Of a stretch of DNA of 64,000 nucleotides, positions 1-10,462 are shown piece after piece. The position numbers and the translations under genes are program-made. Under the pieces are notes generated by a model, which saw only the letters and a program-made list of their open reading frames with translations, was not told where the DNA came from and did not search any database. This DNA is from a virus. Its lineage: Duplodnaviria > Heunggongvirae > Uroviricota > Caudoviricetes. The stretch's first letter is position 1; every line of letters starts with the position of its first letter. The stretch lies in the IMG/VR virus record IMGVR_UViG_2851955134_000009; one strand, written 5' to 3'.

Positions 1-1053
1 TTACGGGGTAATGCCAACCGCTGCCGCCACTTTGTCGCCACTTGGCAGCGTTGCCAGAGGATTGAAACGGAGCGCCGTTTCTAGATGATCCGGTGCCAGA
101 TGTGCGTAACGCATAGTCATTTTTATATCGTGGTGTCCGAGAATTTTTTGTAAGGCCAGAATGTTTCCACCCGACATCATGAAGTGCGCCGCAAACGTAT
201 GGCGCAGAACGTGTGTGAGTTGACCGCGAGGGAGCACGATAGACGTTTTTTCCATCACGGATAAAAATTGAAAATAGCAGTCTGTGAAGAAATTGAACCC
301 ATCAAGCGCCATGATCTCTTCGTAAAGCTCTTTACTGATAGGGATGCTTCTGTTTTTCTTCCCCTTCGTTCTGACAAAGGTAATTCGGTATTTGGTCACC
401 TGTGAGCGGGTAAGATTTACGGCTTCACGCCAGCGTGCGCCTGTGCTTAAGCATATCTTAACTACCAGTGCCAGAATTGGGTCCTGACGTTTGCAATCAG
501 CCAGCAATTCAACAATCTGCTCATGGGTAAGCCATGCCATCTCTTTTTCTGCGATGGTGAATTTTCGCATGTTCTCCAGTGGGTTCGGATACGACCATTC
601 GCCCAGACGGGATAGTTCGCTAAAAACACTACTTAGATAGCTTTGCTCCAGGTTAATGGTGACCGGGCTTGCTCCTTTCTTCCATTTCTCGCTGAAGTAG
701 ATCTCGCCTGTCAGGCGTTTATCTCGATAGTGGGCAAACATTTTAGAGGTGAGATCGGTTGCAAGAGGATTGCCCAGAGCGTCAACCATCAACAGCAATT
801 TGTCATAGACATGCTGCCCAGCTGTCAGAGATTTACCATGTAGTTTGAACCATAGCTCAACCACGTCTTTCAGTGTTCGACGATCCACTGATTCACCCAG
901 CCAGGGCTTTGCTTCGGTTTCTTCCATCGTGTGGCGCTCAAAAGCCAGTGCTTCGCCTTTGGTGGCGAATTGTTTACGCACACGACGCCCACTTCGTCCG
1001 GCGGGGTAACATTCGCAAAGCCATTTCCCTGTGGTTAGTTTTCGTACTGCCAT
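1..1053 (-). CDS. int: Tyrosine integrase (P2/186-type)
   Basis: 350-aa ORF with C-terminal HxxR...Y catalytic region (LRHTFAAHF ... MRYAHL); stop codon at window position 1-3, so the attachment site lies outside the window. Confidence 0.9.
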   Translation of the reverse strand: MAVRKLTTGKWLCECYPAGRSGRRVRKQFATKGEALAFERHTMEETEAKPWLGESVDRRTLKDVVELWFKLHGKSLTAGQHVYDKLLLMVDALGNPLATDLTSKMFAHYRDKRLTGEIYFSEKWKKGASPVTINLEQSYLSSVFSELSRLGEWSYPNPLENMRKFTIAEKEMAWLTHEQIVELLADCKRQDPILALVVKICLSTGARWREAVNLTRSQVTKYRITFVRTKGKKNRSIPISKELYEEIMALDGFNFFTDCYFQFLSVMEKTSIVLPRGQLTHVLRHTFAAHFMMSGGNILALQKILGHHDIKMTMRYAHLAPDHLETALRFNPLATLPSGDKVAAAVGITP

Positions 1054-1135
1054 AAAAAGCCCTCATATCAGAGGGCTAAATTTAACTGTATATGTAACCA
1101 GTAATCAATGTGTGATTACTATGAAACATACATTG

Positions 1136-2812
1136 CTAAGCAACATGTAGTTCATCGTTGGCGGAAGTGGCTGCTTTGCGCTCCTGCTCAATAGCTAGAG
1201 ACTCTCTATATTCTTTCGCCTCTGCAAACATTGTCCAGTGGGCGTTGATGTTCATGTCTTCAATAACTGATTTGATTTCTTTTAAATTTACGTTAAAAAA
1301 CTCTTTTCGTGAGTTAATTTTATTGACCTGCTTTTCGTTGAAAACTTTATGCAGATGGTTTTCTAATGATGGTGCATCATCACTATAAATCATCGCATGA
1401 ACATCGAACGAAAAAGGAACACTAGCATCTCCGAGTTCACGAACACGATCAAGTGGTTCAAGGCGGCGTGTCATTCCAATTTTATATACATCTTCGCCAA
1501 ATGAACCAATATTACTAATGATATAGACGTGGCCTGATCTGGTTTGTTGAGCCATAGAAATAGCTCGTTGATTTTTAGCTTCAGCTTCTTCATATTTTAA
1601 CTGTAGTTCAGCTATTTTTTGCTCTAAAGCTAAGCGTTGTTCTTCATTTGCAAGCATAAGTTCTTTCGTTGCTTTATTTATAGCTTGCTGAATAGCTTTT
1701 TCTTCTTTTTCAGCTTCTTTTATCGCTTTTTCATATTCTCTACGAGCTCTTTCCTCTTCACGAAGCTGTTCTTTAATCCTTCTTTGCTCTTCTTTTTCTT
1801 CGAGCATAATTTCATTAACTGCTACACCCCATTTTAGCTCGTTGAGTCTTGCCTGAAGATAGATGTCACTTATTTTTGCGGACCTAAAGGCAGAGCCATT
1901 GTAATTTACTAGTTGAAATGCATCTTTTATTTCTTGGGAAAGTTTTCCAAAATTGTTGTGTTTGACTTTTGATAAAATACTGTCAACTCTTCCATTGAAG
2001 GCATCCAAAACAAAGTTTATGGCAGTATTACGCCTGTTTTGCTCAACATAATCACACGAAGCAGCTTTATTAGTTTTTATTAATGATTTGGTTAACTCTC
2101 TGGCTTTTTGTAATTCCTTGCCTGCATCTGTAAATTCATAATTTTCTGCCAGCTCATCAAGTACACTACGGTTAGGGATGATCCATTCATCACCATAACC
2201 TTCAATTTTATTTTTCATTGATTTTGCAACTGCTTCATATTTTTCTGCAAACTCTTTAGCTTCATATGCTGAACCAGCAATCTCCTTTGCTCTTTCTTCT
2301 GCATCAGAAATAATTTTTACTGCATTGTCATTAGCATTTGAGATTAGCTCATTTGCTTTATTATTAGCATTATCAAGACGTTCTTTGGCTTTCAGGCGTG
2401 CATCGCGAGCGTCTTTGGTGATTGCTATAGCTTCGCTATTAGCGTTGCTTATTGTCATCTGAGCTTGATAATTTGCTTCGTTTACTGTTTTAGCCGCCTT
2501 AATTTGGGCTTCATCTATTTTTTGCTTGGCTATTGAGTCCGCATTTTTTATCTTATTCTCTGCATCCATTACTGCGCTGTGCAATTCTTCGTATTGCCAC
2601 AATGGTGCTGCTCGCCCTTCAAGCTCTGATAATTCTCGTACGGTCTGTGCTAGTTTTTCTTGATTTTCAATCAGTTGGTTAGAAAGGGCTATGTTGTTAG
2701 CTGTCAGGTTATCTATAGCCGCTTTGTGTTTTTTACTTTGTTTAAATAATATTACAGCTAGAACAGGGGCGAGAAATGCTAATAAGAGTATAACGATGGC
2801 AAATGAATTCAT
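1136..2812 (-). CDS. Membrane-anchored coiled-coil protein with C-terminal T5orf172/GIY-YIG-like domain (cargo)
   Basis: 558 aa; N-terminal TM helix, long K/E/A-rich coiled coil, C-terminal YIISNIGSFGEDVYKIGMTRR...HxxxF block; ATG with AAGGA RBS; visibly lower GC than flanks. Confidence 0.7.
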   Translation of the reverse strand: MNSFAIVILLLAFLAPVLAVILFKQSKKHKAAIDNLTANNIALSNQLIENQEKLAQTVRELSELEGRAAPLWQYEELHSAVMDAENKIKNADSIAKQKIDEAQIKAAKTVNEANYQAQMTISNANSEAIAITKDARDARLKAKERLDNANNKANELISNANDNAVKIISDAEERAKEIAGSAYEAKEFAEKYEAVAKSMKNKIEGYGDEWIIPNRSVLDELAENYEFTDAGKELQKARELTKSLIKTNKAASCDYVEQNRRNTAINFVLDAFNGRVDSILSKVKHNNFGKLSQEIKDAFQLVNYNGSAFRSAKISDIYLQARLNELKWGVAVNEIMLEEKEEQRRIKEQLREEERARREYEKAIKEAEKEEKAIQQAINKATKELMLANEEQRLALEQKIAELQLKYEEAEAKNQRAISMAQQTRSGHVYIISNIGSFGEDVYKIGMTRRLEPLDRVRELGDASVPFSFDVHAMIYSDDAPSLENHLHKVFNEKQVNKINSRKEFFNVNLKEIKSVIEDMNINAHWTMFAEAKEYRESLAIEQERKAATSANDELHVA

Positions 2813-2832
2813 TTTAAAATCCTTTTACTATA

Positions 2833-3429
2833 TTAATTCGAGACTATTGTACTTCTTATACAAGCAACCACTTCAATATCAGAAAATGCACATTCAAAGC
2901 TATTCTCTGCTGTTGTAATTTTAATCATTCCTTTAGGAAGCCTTGTGATTTTTCGAATGGAATAGGTTCCGTCGATATTGATTAACCAGTTTCCATCAAG
3001 TACTTCAGAAAATTTTTGATCACAAATGTATGTGACGAGTCCATCCTGAACAACAATTGGTGATGAAAGGTTTGCAGGAAGAAATGATGAATCGAAGACA
3101 TATGAACCGTCTTCAATCATTTTGCCTGCGGCAAGGCGAAACTTAACAAGCTCTTCTGTAGCTGCTGTCAGCGAGCTTTGCTTAAGGCCTTGTCCGGTAG
3201 TTAACCATTTGAGGGAGGTTCCTGTTTCAAGAGCACATTGGATTATCCAGTCAGCAGGAAATGTATCCCGCAAATACCTGTTCGCTAGTGTGCTTTTTGA
3301 TACTTCCAAGTGATCAGCTAAAGCCTGTCGTGTCGTAAAGCCATAGGCTTCGACTAATCGCTCAATCGCAGCCTTACCACCTTTATTGGGATTTATTTTG
3401 ATCTCACTTGGGTACTTTGATTTTGACAT
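2833..3429 (-). CDS. cI: CI-type lysogeny repressor (phage 186 CI-like)
   Basis: 198 aa; N-terminal HTH (AIERLVEAYGFTTRQALADHLEVSKSTLANR); divergent from apl/cII as in the 186 switch. Confidence 0.8.
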   Translation of the reverse strand: MSKSKYPSEIKINPNKGGKAAIERLVEAYGFTTRQALADHLEVSKSTLANRYLRDTFPADWIIQCALETGTSLKWLTTGQGLKQSSLTAATEELVKFRLAAGKMIEDGSYVFDSSFLPANLSSPIVVQDGLVTYICDQKFSEVLDGNWLINIDGTYSIRKITRLPKGMIKITTAENSFECAFSDIEVVACIRSTIVSN

Positions 3430-3524
3430 ATCTCTTTTGCGATCCTAGTATCAGTTTTGTACCCAATTGGGTACTTGTCACGATTACTACAGGCTCACCA
3501 CAAGCCAATAGGAGATGTTGCATC

Positions 3525-3746
3525 ATGACCCCTAACATTTCAATAACTCTGAATACGCCACACGTCACAATCGAGCGTTATAGCGAACTTACTGGTCTTT
3601 CAATCGACACAATCAACGATATGTTGGCGGATGGTCGCATTCCTCGGCATCGTCTTCGTAAAGACAAGAAAAGAGAAAAGGTAATGATCAACCTTGCTGC
3701 TCTTACCGTTGATGCACTTACTGATTGCAATGTTGTATTCAACTAG
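3525..3746 (+). CDS. apl: Apl/Cox-like excisionase and transcriptional regulator
   Basis: 73-aa ORF from internal ATG ([14 protein letters not shown]...), first gene of the rightward lytic operon opposite cI. Confidence 0.6.
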   Translation: MTPNISITLNTPHVTIERYSELTGLSIDTINDMLADGRIPRHRLRKDKKREKVMINLAALTVDALTDCNVVFN

Positions 3747-3778
3747 TTCCATTTTGGGATACATCAGAGGTGTCGACC

Positions 3779-4288
3779 ATGTTTGATTACCAAGTTTCCA
3801 AACATCCACATTTTGATGAAGCCTGTCGTGCATTCGCACTGCGCCACAATCTGGTGCAACTGGCAGAACGTGCGGGCATGAATGTGCAGATTCTGCGGAA
3901 CAAGCTGAACCCAGCTCAACCTCATTTATTAACCGCACCAGAAATCTGGCTGCTTACCGATCTGACTGAAGATTCAACGTTGGTAGATGGTTTTCTGGCA
4001 CAGATTCATTGTCTGCCATGTGTACCGATTAATGAGGTAGCAAAAGAGAAACTGCCGCATTACGTCATGAGCGCAACTGCAGAGATCGGGCGTGTTGCAG
4101 CAGGTGCGGTATCTGGTGATGTAAAAACTAGTGCCGGTCGTCGTGATGCTATCAGCAGCATTAACTCTGTAACACGACTGATGGCGCTGGCTGCTGTTTC
4201 ATTGCAAGCCCGTTTACAGGCTAATCCTGCGATGGCGAGTGCAGTTGATACCATGACTGGCCTTGGTGCTTCATTCGGTTTGCTGTGA
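3779..4288 (+). CDS. cII: CII-like lysogeny establishment regulator (186 CII-like)
   Basis: Internal ATG with AGAGG RBS; [20 protein letters not shown]...GASFGLL closely resembles 186 CII as recalled. Confidence 0.75.
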   Translation: MFDYQVSKHPHFDEACRAFALRHNLVQLAERAGMNVQILRNKLNPAQPHLLTAPEIWLLTDLTEDSTLVDGFLAQIHCLPCVPINEVAKEKLPHYVMSATAEIGRVAAGAVSGDVKTSAGRRDAISSINSVTRLMALAAVSLQARLQANPAMASAVDTMTGLGASFGLL

Positions 4289-4295
4289 GGTGTTT

Positions 4296-4592
4296 ATGCT
4301 GACGAAAGAACCATCATTTGCATCGCTGCTGGTAAAACAAAGCCCGGCAATGCACTACGGTCACGGCTGGATCACGGGTGAGGATGGAAAACGCTGGCAT
4401 CCATGTCATTCACAAGATGAATTGCTGTCTGAATTGACCACGAGGAAACGGAGAAAGTCCAAATGTATGCGGCAGAAAGTGAAGTGGTTTATCAGTTTCG
4501 TTACAGAGGGGAGAGTTATTCAGTACCTGAAGATGATTTGCTCTGTTGCTATCCGTCATTGTCGGGCGATGGCAGTTACTTTTTCACGTTAA
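4296..4592 (+). CDS. Hypothetical protein (fil-position ORF); 3' end uncertain
   Basis: ATG with GAGG RBS; overlaps 4463..4687 in another frame, so one of the two may be mis-framed. Confidence 0.3.
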   Translation: MLTKEPSFASLLVKQSPAMHYGHGWITGEDGKRWHPCHSQDELLSELTTRKRRKSKCMRQKVKWFISFVTEGRVIQYLKMICSVAIRHCRAMAVTFSR

Positions 4593-4687
4593 AGGATGGG
4601 ACGTTTTTACGGGGAGAGCAGGTTAAAGAGACGATACGAAAAAATGTATCTCCTCTTGAGCGTTACCGTAAGAACAAAGAACGATAG
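4463..4687 (+). CDS. Hypothetical protein
   Basis: 74-aa ORF with GGAGAAAG RBS 7 nt upstream of ATG. Confidence 0.45.
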   Translation: MYAAESEVVYQFRYRGESYSVPEDDLLCCYPSLSGDGSYFFTLKDGTFLRGEQVKETIRKNVSPLERYRKNKER

Positions 4688-4709
4688 CTGCGTTTGGGGG
4701 ATATGAAGT

Positions 4710-5051
4710 ATGGCAATTAATGGCGCTGCAGCAACTGTTCCATTAAGCCCCGGTGAACGCCTGAATGGACTTAATCACATTGCGGAGTTAAGGGCGAAAG
4801 TTTTTGGCCTGAATATTGAGTCAGAGCTTGAGCGGTTTATTAAAGATATGCGTGATCCACGGGATATCAATAATGAACAAAATAAACGGGCACTGGCTGC
4901 CATATTCTTTATGGCAAAAATTCCAGCTGAACGTCATAGCATCAGCATTAATGAGCTGACCACTGACGAAAAGCGGGAGCTGATTAAAGCAATGAATCAT
5001 TTTCGTGCAGTGGTGAGCTTATTTCCCAGACGGCTAACCATGCCGAATTAA
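4710..5051 (+). CDS. Hypothetical protein
   Basis: 113-aa ORF, G-rich RBS upstream of ATG, within early operon. Confidence 0.5.
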   Translation: MAINGAAATVPLSPGERLNGLNHIAELRAKVFGLNIESELERFIKDMRDPRDINNEQNKRALAAIFFMAKIPAERHSISINELTTDEKRELIKAMNHFRAVVSLFPRRLTMPN

Positions 5052-5118
5052 CCAACTAATGAAATTAATGGCGTAAACCCGCCGGGCATCCCTTTATCTA
5101 AATTCAGGAGAATTGATT

Positions 5119-5352
5119 ATGCGTAATATTGAAACCCTCACGACTAAAACCGGACCGGATGACGCAGGGCTTAATATTTTACTGACAGAGGCTCGTCTGG
5201 AAGAACGCCGGGCAAGGGCTGAAGCAATGGCTGCTCGCCTTGATAGCCTGGCGTGTCATATCTCATCCCACCAGCTAAACCACGTGGAAGCGGCAGAACT
5301 GCTGCGCGTGACTGCTGAAGCAATCCAGAACGAAGCGCAGGAGATCCACTAA
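5119..5352 (+). CDS. Hypothetical protein
   Basis: ATG at 5119 with AGGAG RBS (track start at 5113 is TTG); 77 aa. Confidence 0.5.
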   Translation: MRNIETLTTKTGPDDAGLNILLTEARLEERRARAEAMAARLDSLACHISSHQLNHVEAAELLRVTAEAIQNEAQEIH

Positions 5353-5579
5353 TGGCTGATGCAATGGATCTCGTACAGCAGCGCGTTGAAGAAGAACGCC
5401 AGCGCCATATCCGTGCAGCCCGTGCCAAATCACCGGGCGTGTCACGCGTACTTTGCATTGAATGTGAAGCGCCAATTCCGCCAGCACGACGCCGCGCCAT
5501 TCCGGGAGTGCAGCTTTGCATTACCTGTCAGGAAATCGCAGAACTGAAAGGCAAACATTACAACGGAGGTGCTGTATGA
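5352..5579 (+). CDS. TraR/DksA-family C4 zinc-finger protein
   Basis: 75 aa with CxxC-x17-CxxC (CIECEAP...CITCQEI) at C-terminus; start overlaps upstream stop (TAATG). Confidence 0.7.
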   Translation: MADAMDLVQQRVEEERQRHIRAARAKSPGVSRVLCIECEAPIPPARRRAIPGVQLCITCQEIAELKGKHYNGGAV

Positions 5580-6433
5580 GCACCATCCTGAAATGGGCGG
5601 GAAATAAAACCGCCATTATGCCAGAACTGAAAAAATACCTTCCTGCTGGCCCGCGACTGGTTGAACCTTTCGCGGGTTCCTGTGCTGTGATGATGGAAAC
5701 GGATTATCCCAGCTATCTGGTTGCGGATATTAATCCTGATTTAATCAACCTCTATAAAAAGGTTGCCGCTGATTGTGAATCGTTTATATCTCGCGCCAGA
5801 GTTTTATTTGAGATCGCAAACAGGGAGGTGGCTTATTACAACATAAGGCAGGAGTTTAACTGCTCAACTGAAATTACTGATTTCATGAAAGCGGTATATT
5901 TCCTGTATCTCAATCGTCACGGTTACCGTGGTTTATGTCGCTATAACAAGAGCGGGCATTTCAACATTCCCTACGGTAATTATAAAAATCCGTATTTCCC
6001 TGAAAAAGAACTTCGCACATTTGCAGAAAAAGCCCAGCGAGCAACGTTTATCTGCGCCAGCTTTGATGAAACGCTGGCGATGTTGAAGGCGGGAGATGTG
6101 GTGTATTGCGATCCGCCATATGACGGTACGTTTTCCGGCTATCACACTGATGGTTTCACTGAAGATGACCAGTATCACCTGGCATCCGTTCTTGAACATC
6201 GGTCATCAGAAGGACATCCGGTCATTGTTTCTAACAGTGACACATCCCTGATCCGTTCGCTGTATCGCAATTTTACTCACCACTATATCAAGGTAAAACG
6301 CAGCATCGGTGTGGCAGCTGGCGAGGGTAAATCAGCAACAGAAATCATTGCTGTTTCCGGGCCGCGCTGCTGGATGGGATTTGATTATTCGCGTGGCGTG
6401 GATAGTTCTGCCGTGTACGGAGTACGTGCATGA
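5576..6433 (+). CDS. dam: DNA N6-adenine methyltransferase (Dam family, orphan)
   Basis: ILKWAGNK N-terminal motif and DPPY catalytic motif ([10 protein letters not shown]); GGAGG RBS; no adjacent restriction gene. Confidence 0.85.
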   Translation: MSTILKWAGNKTAIMPELKKYLPAGPRLVEPFAGSCAVMMETDYPSYLVADINPDLINLYKKVAADCESFISRARVLFEIANREVAYYNIRQEFNCSTEITDFMKAVYFLYLNRHGYRGLCRYNKSGHFNIPYGNYKNPYFPEKELRTFAEKAQRATFICASFDETLAMLKAGDVVYCDPPYDGTFSGYHTDGFTEDDQYHLASVLEHRSSEGHPVIVSNSDTSLIRSLYRNFTHHYIKVKRSIGVAAGEGKSATEIIAVSGPRCWMGFDYSRGVDSSAVYGVRA

Positions 6434-8844
6434 GTCATGCCGATATGAACAACTGCTGCGGCTTTAACGAGGCTGCCGCAGCATTCTCATGGAACAGCCC
6501 GAAAAAGGCCATTAACCCTTATCTGGACCCGGCGGAAGTTGCGCCGGTTTCTACGCTTTCAAACCTGATCACTCTGTACGCTGCCGATAACGAGCAGGAA
6601 CAGTTGCGCCGCGAGGCACTGAGTGATCAGGTCTGGGAGCGTTATTTCTTTAATGAATCACGTGATCCTGTCCAGCGCGAAATGGAGCAGGATAAGCTCA
6701 TTAGCCGGGCAAAGCTGGCGCATGAGCAGCAGCGTTTTAATTCAGACATGGTCATTCTGGCGGACGTCAACGCCCAGCCTTCCCATATCAGCAAGCCGCT
6801 GATGCAACGTATTGAATACTTCAGCAGCCTGGGCAGGCCAAAGGCTTATTCCCGCTATTTACGTGAGACGATTAAGCCATGTCTGGAACGACTGGAGCAT
6901 GTACGCGACAGTCAGCTATCTGCATCTTTTCGCTTTATGGCAAGCAATGAAGGGCTGGACGGCCTGCTGATCCTGCCTGAAATGAGTCAGGATCAGGTGA
7001 AACGCCTGTCCACCCTGGTAGCTGCGCATATGAGTATGTGCCTTGATGCAGCTTGTGGTGATTTGTATGCCACCGATGACGTTAAGCCAGAAGAAATCCG
7101 CAAGACATGGGAAAAGGTGGCAGCGGAAACCCTGCGTCTGGATGTCATCCCACCTGCGTTTGAGCAACTCCGTCGGAAAAGAAACCGCCGTAAACCCGTG
7201 CCCTATGAACTCATTCCGGGTTCGCTGGCGCGTATGTTGTGCGCCGACTGGTGGTATCGGAAATTATGGAAGATGCGTTGCGAATGGCGGGAAGAGCAGT
7301 TGCGCGCTGTTTGCCTGGTCAGCAAAAAAGCATCTCCTTATGTCAGCTATGAAGCCGTGATGCATAAACGTGAGCAGCGCCGTAAGTCGCTGGAGTTTTT
7401 CCGTTCTCATGAACTGGTGAACGAAGACGGCGACACGCTGGACATGGAGGATGTGGTAAACGCCAGCAGCAGCAACCCTGCGCATCGCCGCAATGAGATG
7501 ATGGCCTGTGTTAAAGGTCTGGAGCTTATCGCGGAAATGCGCGGTGACTGCGCCGTTTTCTACACTATCACCTGTCCGTCGCGTTTCCATTCCACGCTAA
7601 ATAACGGCAGACCAAACCCGACCTGGACAAACGCGACGGTAAGACAAAGCAGCGATTATCTGGTCGGCATGTTTGCTGCATTTCGTAAGGCGATGCACAA
7701 AGCCGGGTTGCGCTGGTATGGCGTGCGGGTGGCTGAGCCGCATCATGATGGCACAGTTCACTGGCACCTGTTGTGTTTCATGCGCAAAAAAGACCGCCGT
7801 GCCATCACTGCATTACTGCGTAAGTTTGCCATCCGTGAAGACCGCGAGGAGCTGGGCAATAACACTGGGCCGCGCTTTAAGTCTGAGTTGATTAACCCGC
7901 GCAAAGGAACGCCGACAAGCTACATCGCGAAATATATCAGTAAGAACATTGACGGTCGTGGTCTGGCTGGCGAGATCAGCAAGGAAACGGGTAAATCTCT
8001 GCGTGATAACGCTGAATACGTGAATGCCTGGGCGTCTCTGCATCGTGTTCAGCAATTCCGCTTCTTTGGTATTCCGGGGCGTCAGGCTTACCGTGAACTT
8101 CGCTTGCTGGCTGGTCAGGCGGCAAGGCAACAGGGTGACAAAAAAGCAGGTGCGCCGGTACTGGATAACCCGCGTCTTGATGCCATTCTGGCTGCTGCTG
8201 ATGCTGGTTGTTTTGCCACCTACATCATGAAGCAGGGCGGCGTACTGGTTCCCCGTAAATATCACCTCATCAGAACCGCTTATGAAATCAACGAAGAGCC
8301 GACCGCCTATGGCGATCACGGCATTCGTATTTATGGCATCTGGTCACCCATTGCAGAGGGCAAGATCTGCACTCATGCAGTGAAGTGGAAAATGGTTCGT
8401 AAAGCCGTTGACGTTCAGGAGGCGGCAGCCGACCAGGGCGCTTGCGCCCCTTGGACTCGTGGCAATAACTGTCCCCTTGCTGAAAATTTGAACCAACAAG
8501 GGAAAGACAAATCAGCTGATGGGGATACCAGGACGGACATTACCCGCATGGATGACAAGGAGTTGCACGATTACCTGCACAGTATGAGCAAAAAAGAGCG
8601 CCGGGAACTGGCTGCAAGGTTACGCCTGGTGAAACCGAAACGGCGTAAAGACTACAAACAGCGAATTACAGACCATCAGCGACAGCAGCTCGTCTATGAA
8701 CTGAAGTCCAGAGGATTTAATGGCAGCGAGAAAGAGGTCGATTTACTCCTTCGCGGCGGCAGTATTCCGTCAGGAGCAGGCCTGCGTATCTTCTATCGGA
8801 ACCAGCGTTTGCAGGAAGATGATAAGTGGCGAAACCTGTATTAA
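6430..8844 (+). CDS. A: Replication initiation endonuclease (P2 gpA family, rolling-circle)
   Basis: 804 aa; active-site tyrosine region [15 protein letters not shown]; ATGA overlap with dam. Confidence 0.85.
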   Translation: MSHADMNNCCGFNEAAAAFSWNSPKKAINPYLDPAEVAPVSTLSNLITLYAADNEQEQLRREALSDQVWERYFFNESRDPVQREMEQDKLISRAKLAHEQQRFNSDMVILADVNAQPSHISKPLMQRIEYFSSLGRPKAYSRYLRETIKPCLERLEHVRDSQLSASFRFMASNEGLDGLLILPEMSQDQVKRLSTLVAAHMSMCLDAACGDLYATDDVKPEEIRKTWEKVAAETLRLDVIPPAFEQLRRKRNRRKPVPYELIPGSLARMLCADWWYRKLWKMRCEWREEQLRAVCLVSKKASPYVSYEAVMHKREQRRKSLEFFRSHELVNEDGDTLDMEDVVNASSSNPAHRRNEMMACVKGLELIAEMRGDCAVFYTITCPSRFHSTLNNGRPNPTWTNATVRQSSDYLVGMFAAFRKAMHKAGLRWYGVRVAEPHHDGTVHWHLLCFMRKKDRRAITALLRKFAIREDREELGNNTGPRFKSELINPRKGTPTSYIAKYISKNIDGRGLAGEISKETGKSLRDNAEYVNAWASLHRVQQFRFFGIPGRQAYRELRLLAGQAARQQGDKKAGAPVLDNPRLDAILAAADAGCFATYIMKQGGVLVPRKYHLIRTAYEINEEPTAYGDHGIRIYGIWSPIAEGKICTHAVKWKMVRKAVDVQEAAADQGACAPWTRGNNCPLAENLNQQGKDKSADGDTRTDITRMDDKELHDYLHSMSKKERRELAARLRLVKPKRRKDYKQRITDHQRQQLVYELKSRGFNGSEKEVDLLLRGGSIPSGAGLRIFYRNQRLQEDDKWRNLY

Positions 8845-8997
8845 TTACGCGGGTTAACAATTCGTGCTCTTAATAATACCAGGCATATCAGGCTAATGAA
8901 CGTAAAAAAACGTTTTACATCAGTAAGATTATTATATACTGTAAATATAAACAGTGGTTATGTATACAGTATTGCTTGTGGTGTCATAGGAGGAAAG

Positions 8998-9186
8998 ATG
9001 CAGGACTATTTTTTGGAGTCTTTGAAGCTCCAGCGCATTGATTTTTTTCTTAAGCTTGTAGCGGCTAGTGAGTGTAGTGATGAAGAGAAGGGGCTGGCTT
9101 TGCAGTGGGTTTCTGAACTGACAGATGAACTCATGGCAAAAATCAGAACCCACGAATACAACCGCTCAATGGATGTCATCAGCTGA
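8998..9186 (+). CDS. Hypothetical small protein
   Basis: 62-aa ORF from ATG with AGGAGG RBS. Confidence 0.45.
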   Translation: MQDYFLESLKLQRIDFFLKLVAASECSDEEKGLALQWVSELTDELMAKIRTHEYNRSMDVIS

Positions 9187-9196
9187 GGTGACCTTT

Positions 9197-9430
9197 ATGC
9201 GCATTGAAATAATGATCGATAAAGAGCAGAAGATTAGCCAGTCTACCTTGGACGCCCTTGAATCCGAGCTTTACCGCAATCTGCGCCCCCTGTATCCCAA
9301 AACGGTAATTCGCATCCGCAAAGGTAGCTCTAACGGTGTGGAACTGACCGGACTGCAACTGGACGAAGAAAGAAAACAAGTGATGAAGATTATGCAGAAG
9401 GTGTGGGAAGACGACAGCTGGCTGCATTAA
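9197..9430 (+). CDS. DinI-like SOS-response modulator
   Basis: 77 aa, MRIEIMIDKE...VWEDDSWLH matches the DinI pattern (MRIEV...W.ES..W); GAGGTG RBS. Confidence 0.7.
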   Translation: MRIEIMIDKEQKISQSTLDALESELYRNLRPLYPKTVIRIRKGSSNGVELTGLQLDEERKQVMKIMQKVWEDDSWLH

Positions 9431-9589
9431 GAAAAGTTGCTGGCGTCTGAACTTGGTTCTGGCGTCAGCAAGGTTGAACAACGAGTACAGTGAGGCGTTA
9501 GGTGTGGCGTTTATTTGATGAGTGAACGCCCGTTCTGCGACAGGTTCGGAGATTAAGGTTGAAACTACGGGCAAAATACCATCTTTTTC

Positions 9590-10015
9590 CTACTTAATTG
9601 AGTCCAGTAACAAGTTACAGTTACTCTCATTGTAGAGAGAACGAGCAATTAGTGTTACCTGCTTTCCATTCATTCCCGGCTTATCCCATAACACAGCTTC
9701 TTGCGACGCCACAAATTCAGCATAATCAATTATGCGTTGTTCGTGATCTGGTTCCTCATAGCCAAAGTATGAGAGCGCATCGTTGTAAGCGTGGTAAGCT
9801 GCTTTCTGTAATATCTTGATATCGGCTGTAGGTACTTGCTCCGTGTAGCTAGGATCTAATTGTGTGCTACTGCCATAGAATGCACATGAAAGGTAAGATA
9901 TTGATTTCTGTTGAGCTTTAGTTCCTTTCTCATAGTTTTTAGCTGTTACCGCCTGAACAGGGACGCTAACAAAGCTTGCAACCAGAATTAAAATTAATAC
10001 GTAAAAGCTTTTCAT
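9590..10015 (-). CDS. Secreted protein of unknown function (cargo)
   Basis: 141 aa with N-terminal signal peptide (MKSFYVLILILVASFVSVPVQA); low GC; GAGGT RBS. Confidence 0.6.
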   Translation of the reverse strand: MKSFYVLILILVASFVSVPVQAVTAKNYEKGTKAQQKSISYLSCAFYGSSTQLDPSYTEQVPTADIKILQKAAYHAYNDALSYFGYEEPDHEQRIIDYAEFVASQEAVLWDKPGMNGKQVTLIARSLYNESNCNLLLDSIK

Positions 10016-10288
10016 TTTGACCTCAGCCGAAACGTTAGAGAGACTATCGAAATTTGTAAAACCCGTGGCGATTCAGTTTGAGATCCTCCCCCTTACATGA
10101 TTTTTAATCAAATATATGCTTTTGTAAGCATACCTGTTAACCGAATTATTTATTTTTAGAGATCTTCCGACATACTGATTATGCCCGCTGAGGAGTTCAC
10201 CTTGCGTAAAGTCCGATTCGCTTTACTCGTCTGTGCATGTCTATGCTGCATGAGATTGCATGATCGTTTGAGGATCGTTTTTGCTAAG

Positions 10289-10312
10289 GCCCGCCAGAAC
10301 TGGCGGGCTTTT
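10289..10312 (+). terminator. Rho-independent terminator
   Basis: GCCCGCC-AGAACT-GGCGGGC hairpin followed by TTTT. Confidence 0.6.
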
Positions 10313-10357
10313 GCGTAGATCATGCTCCTGCATGAAAACCACTACATAAAGCGGGCA

Positions 10358-10376
10358 GGCGTGGCGGGGATACGAG
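10358..10376. other. Candidate cos (cohesive end) site of the P2-like phage
   Basis: GGCGTGGCGGGGA matches the start of the P2/186 19-nt cos sequence as recalled (GGCG[A/T]GGCGGGGAAAGCA.); lies between replication and head genes as expected. Confidence 0.4.
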
Positions 10377-10462
10377 CGCGCGTATTAGGTTTTATTTGAG
10401 AGCTTGTTAAATATGATGTTTCACAATTAGAATTGTCCGTAAATCATTCTGTTGGAGGCATT

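Noticed and set aside
5171-5521. 116-aa minus-strand ORF overlapping the TraR/DksA-like gene and a small early gene
   Set aside because: Antisense to two coupled plus-strand genes with good ribosome-binding sites; Arg/Ser/Gly-rich composition.
10181-10318. 45-aa ORF (MPAEEFTLRKVRFALLVCACLCCMRLHD...) that could be a small hydrophobic toxin-like peptide
   Set aside because: No ribosome-binding site, and its 3' end reads straight through the terminator hairpin at 10289..10312; more likely non-coding leader/terminator sequence.
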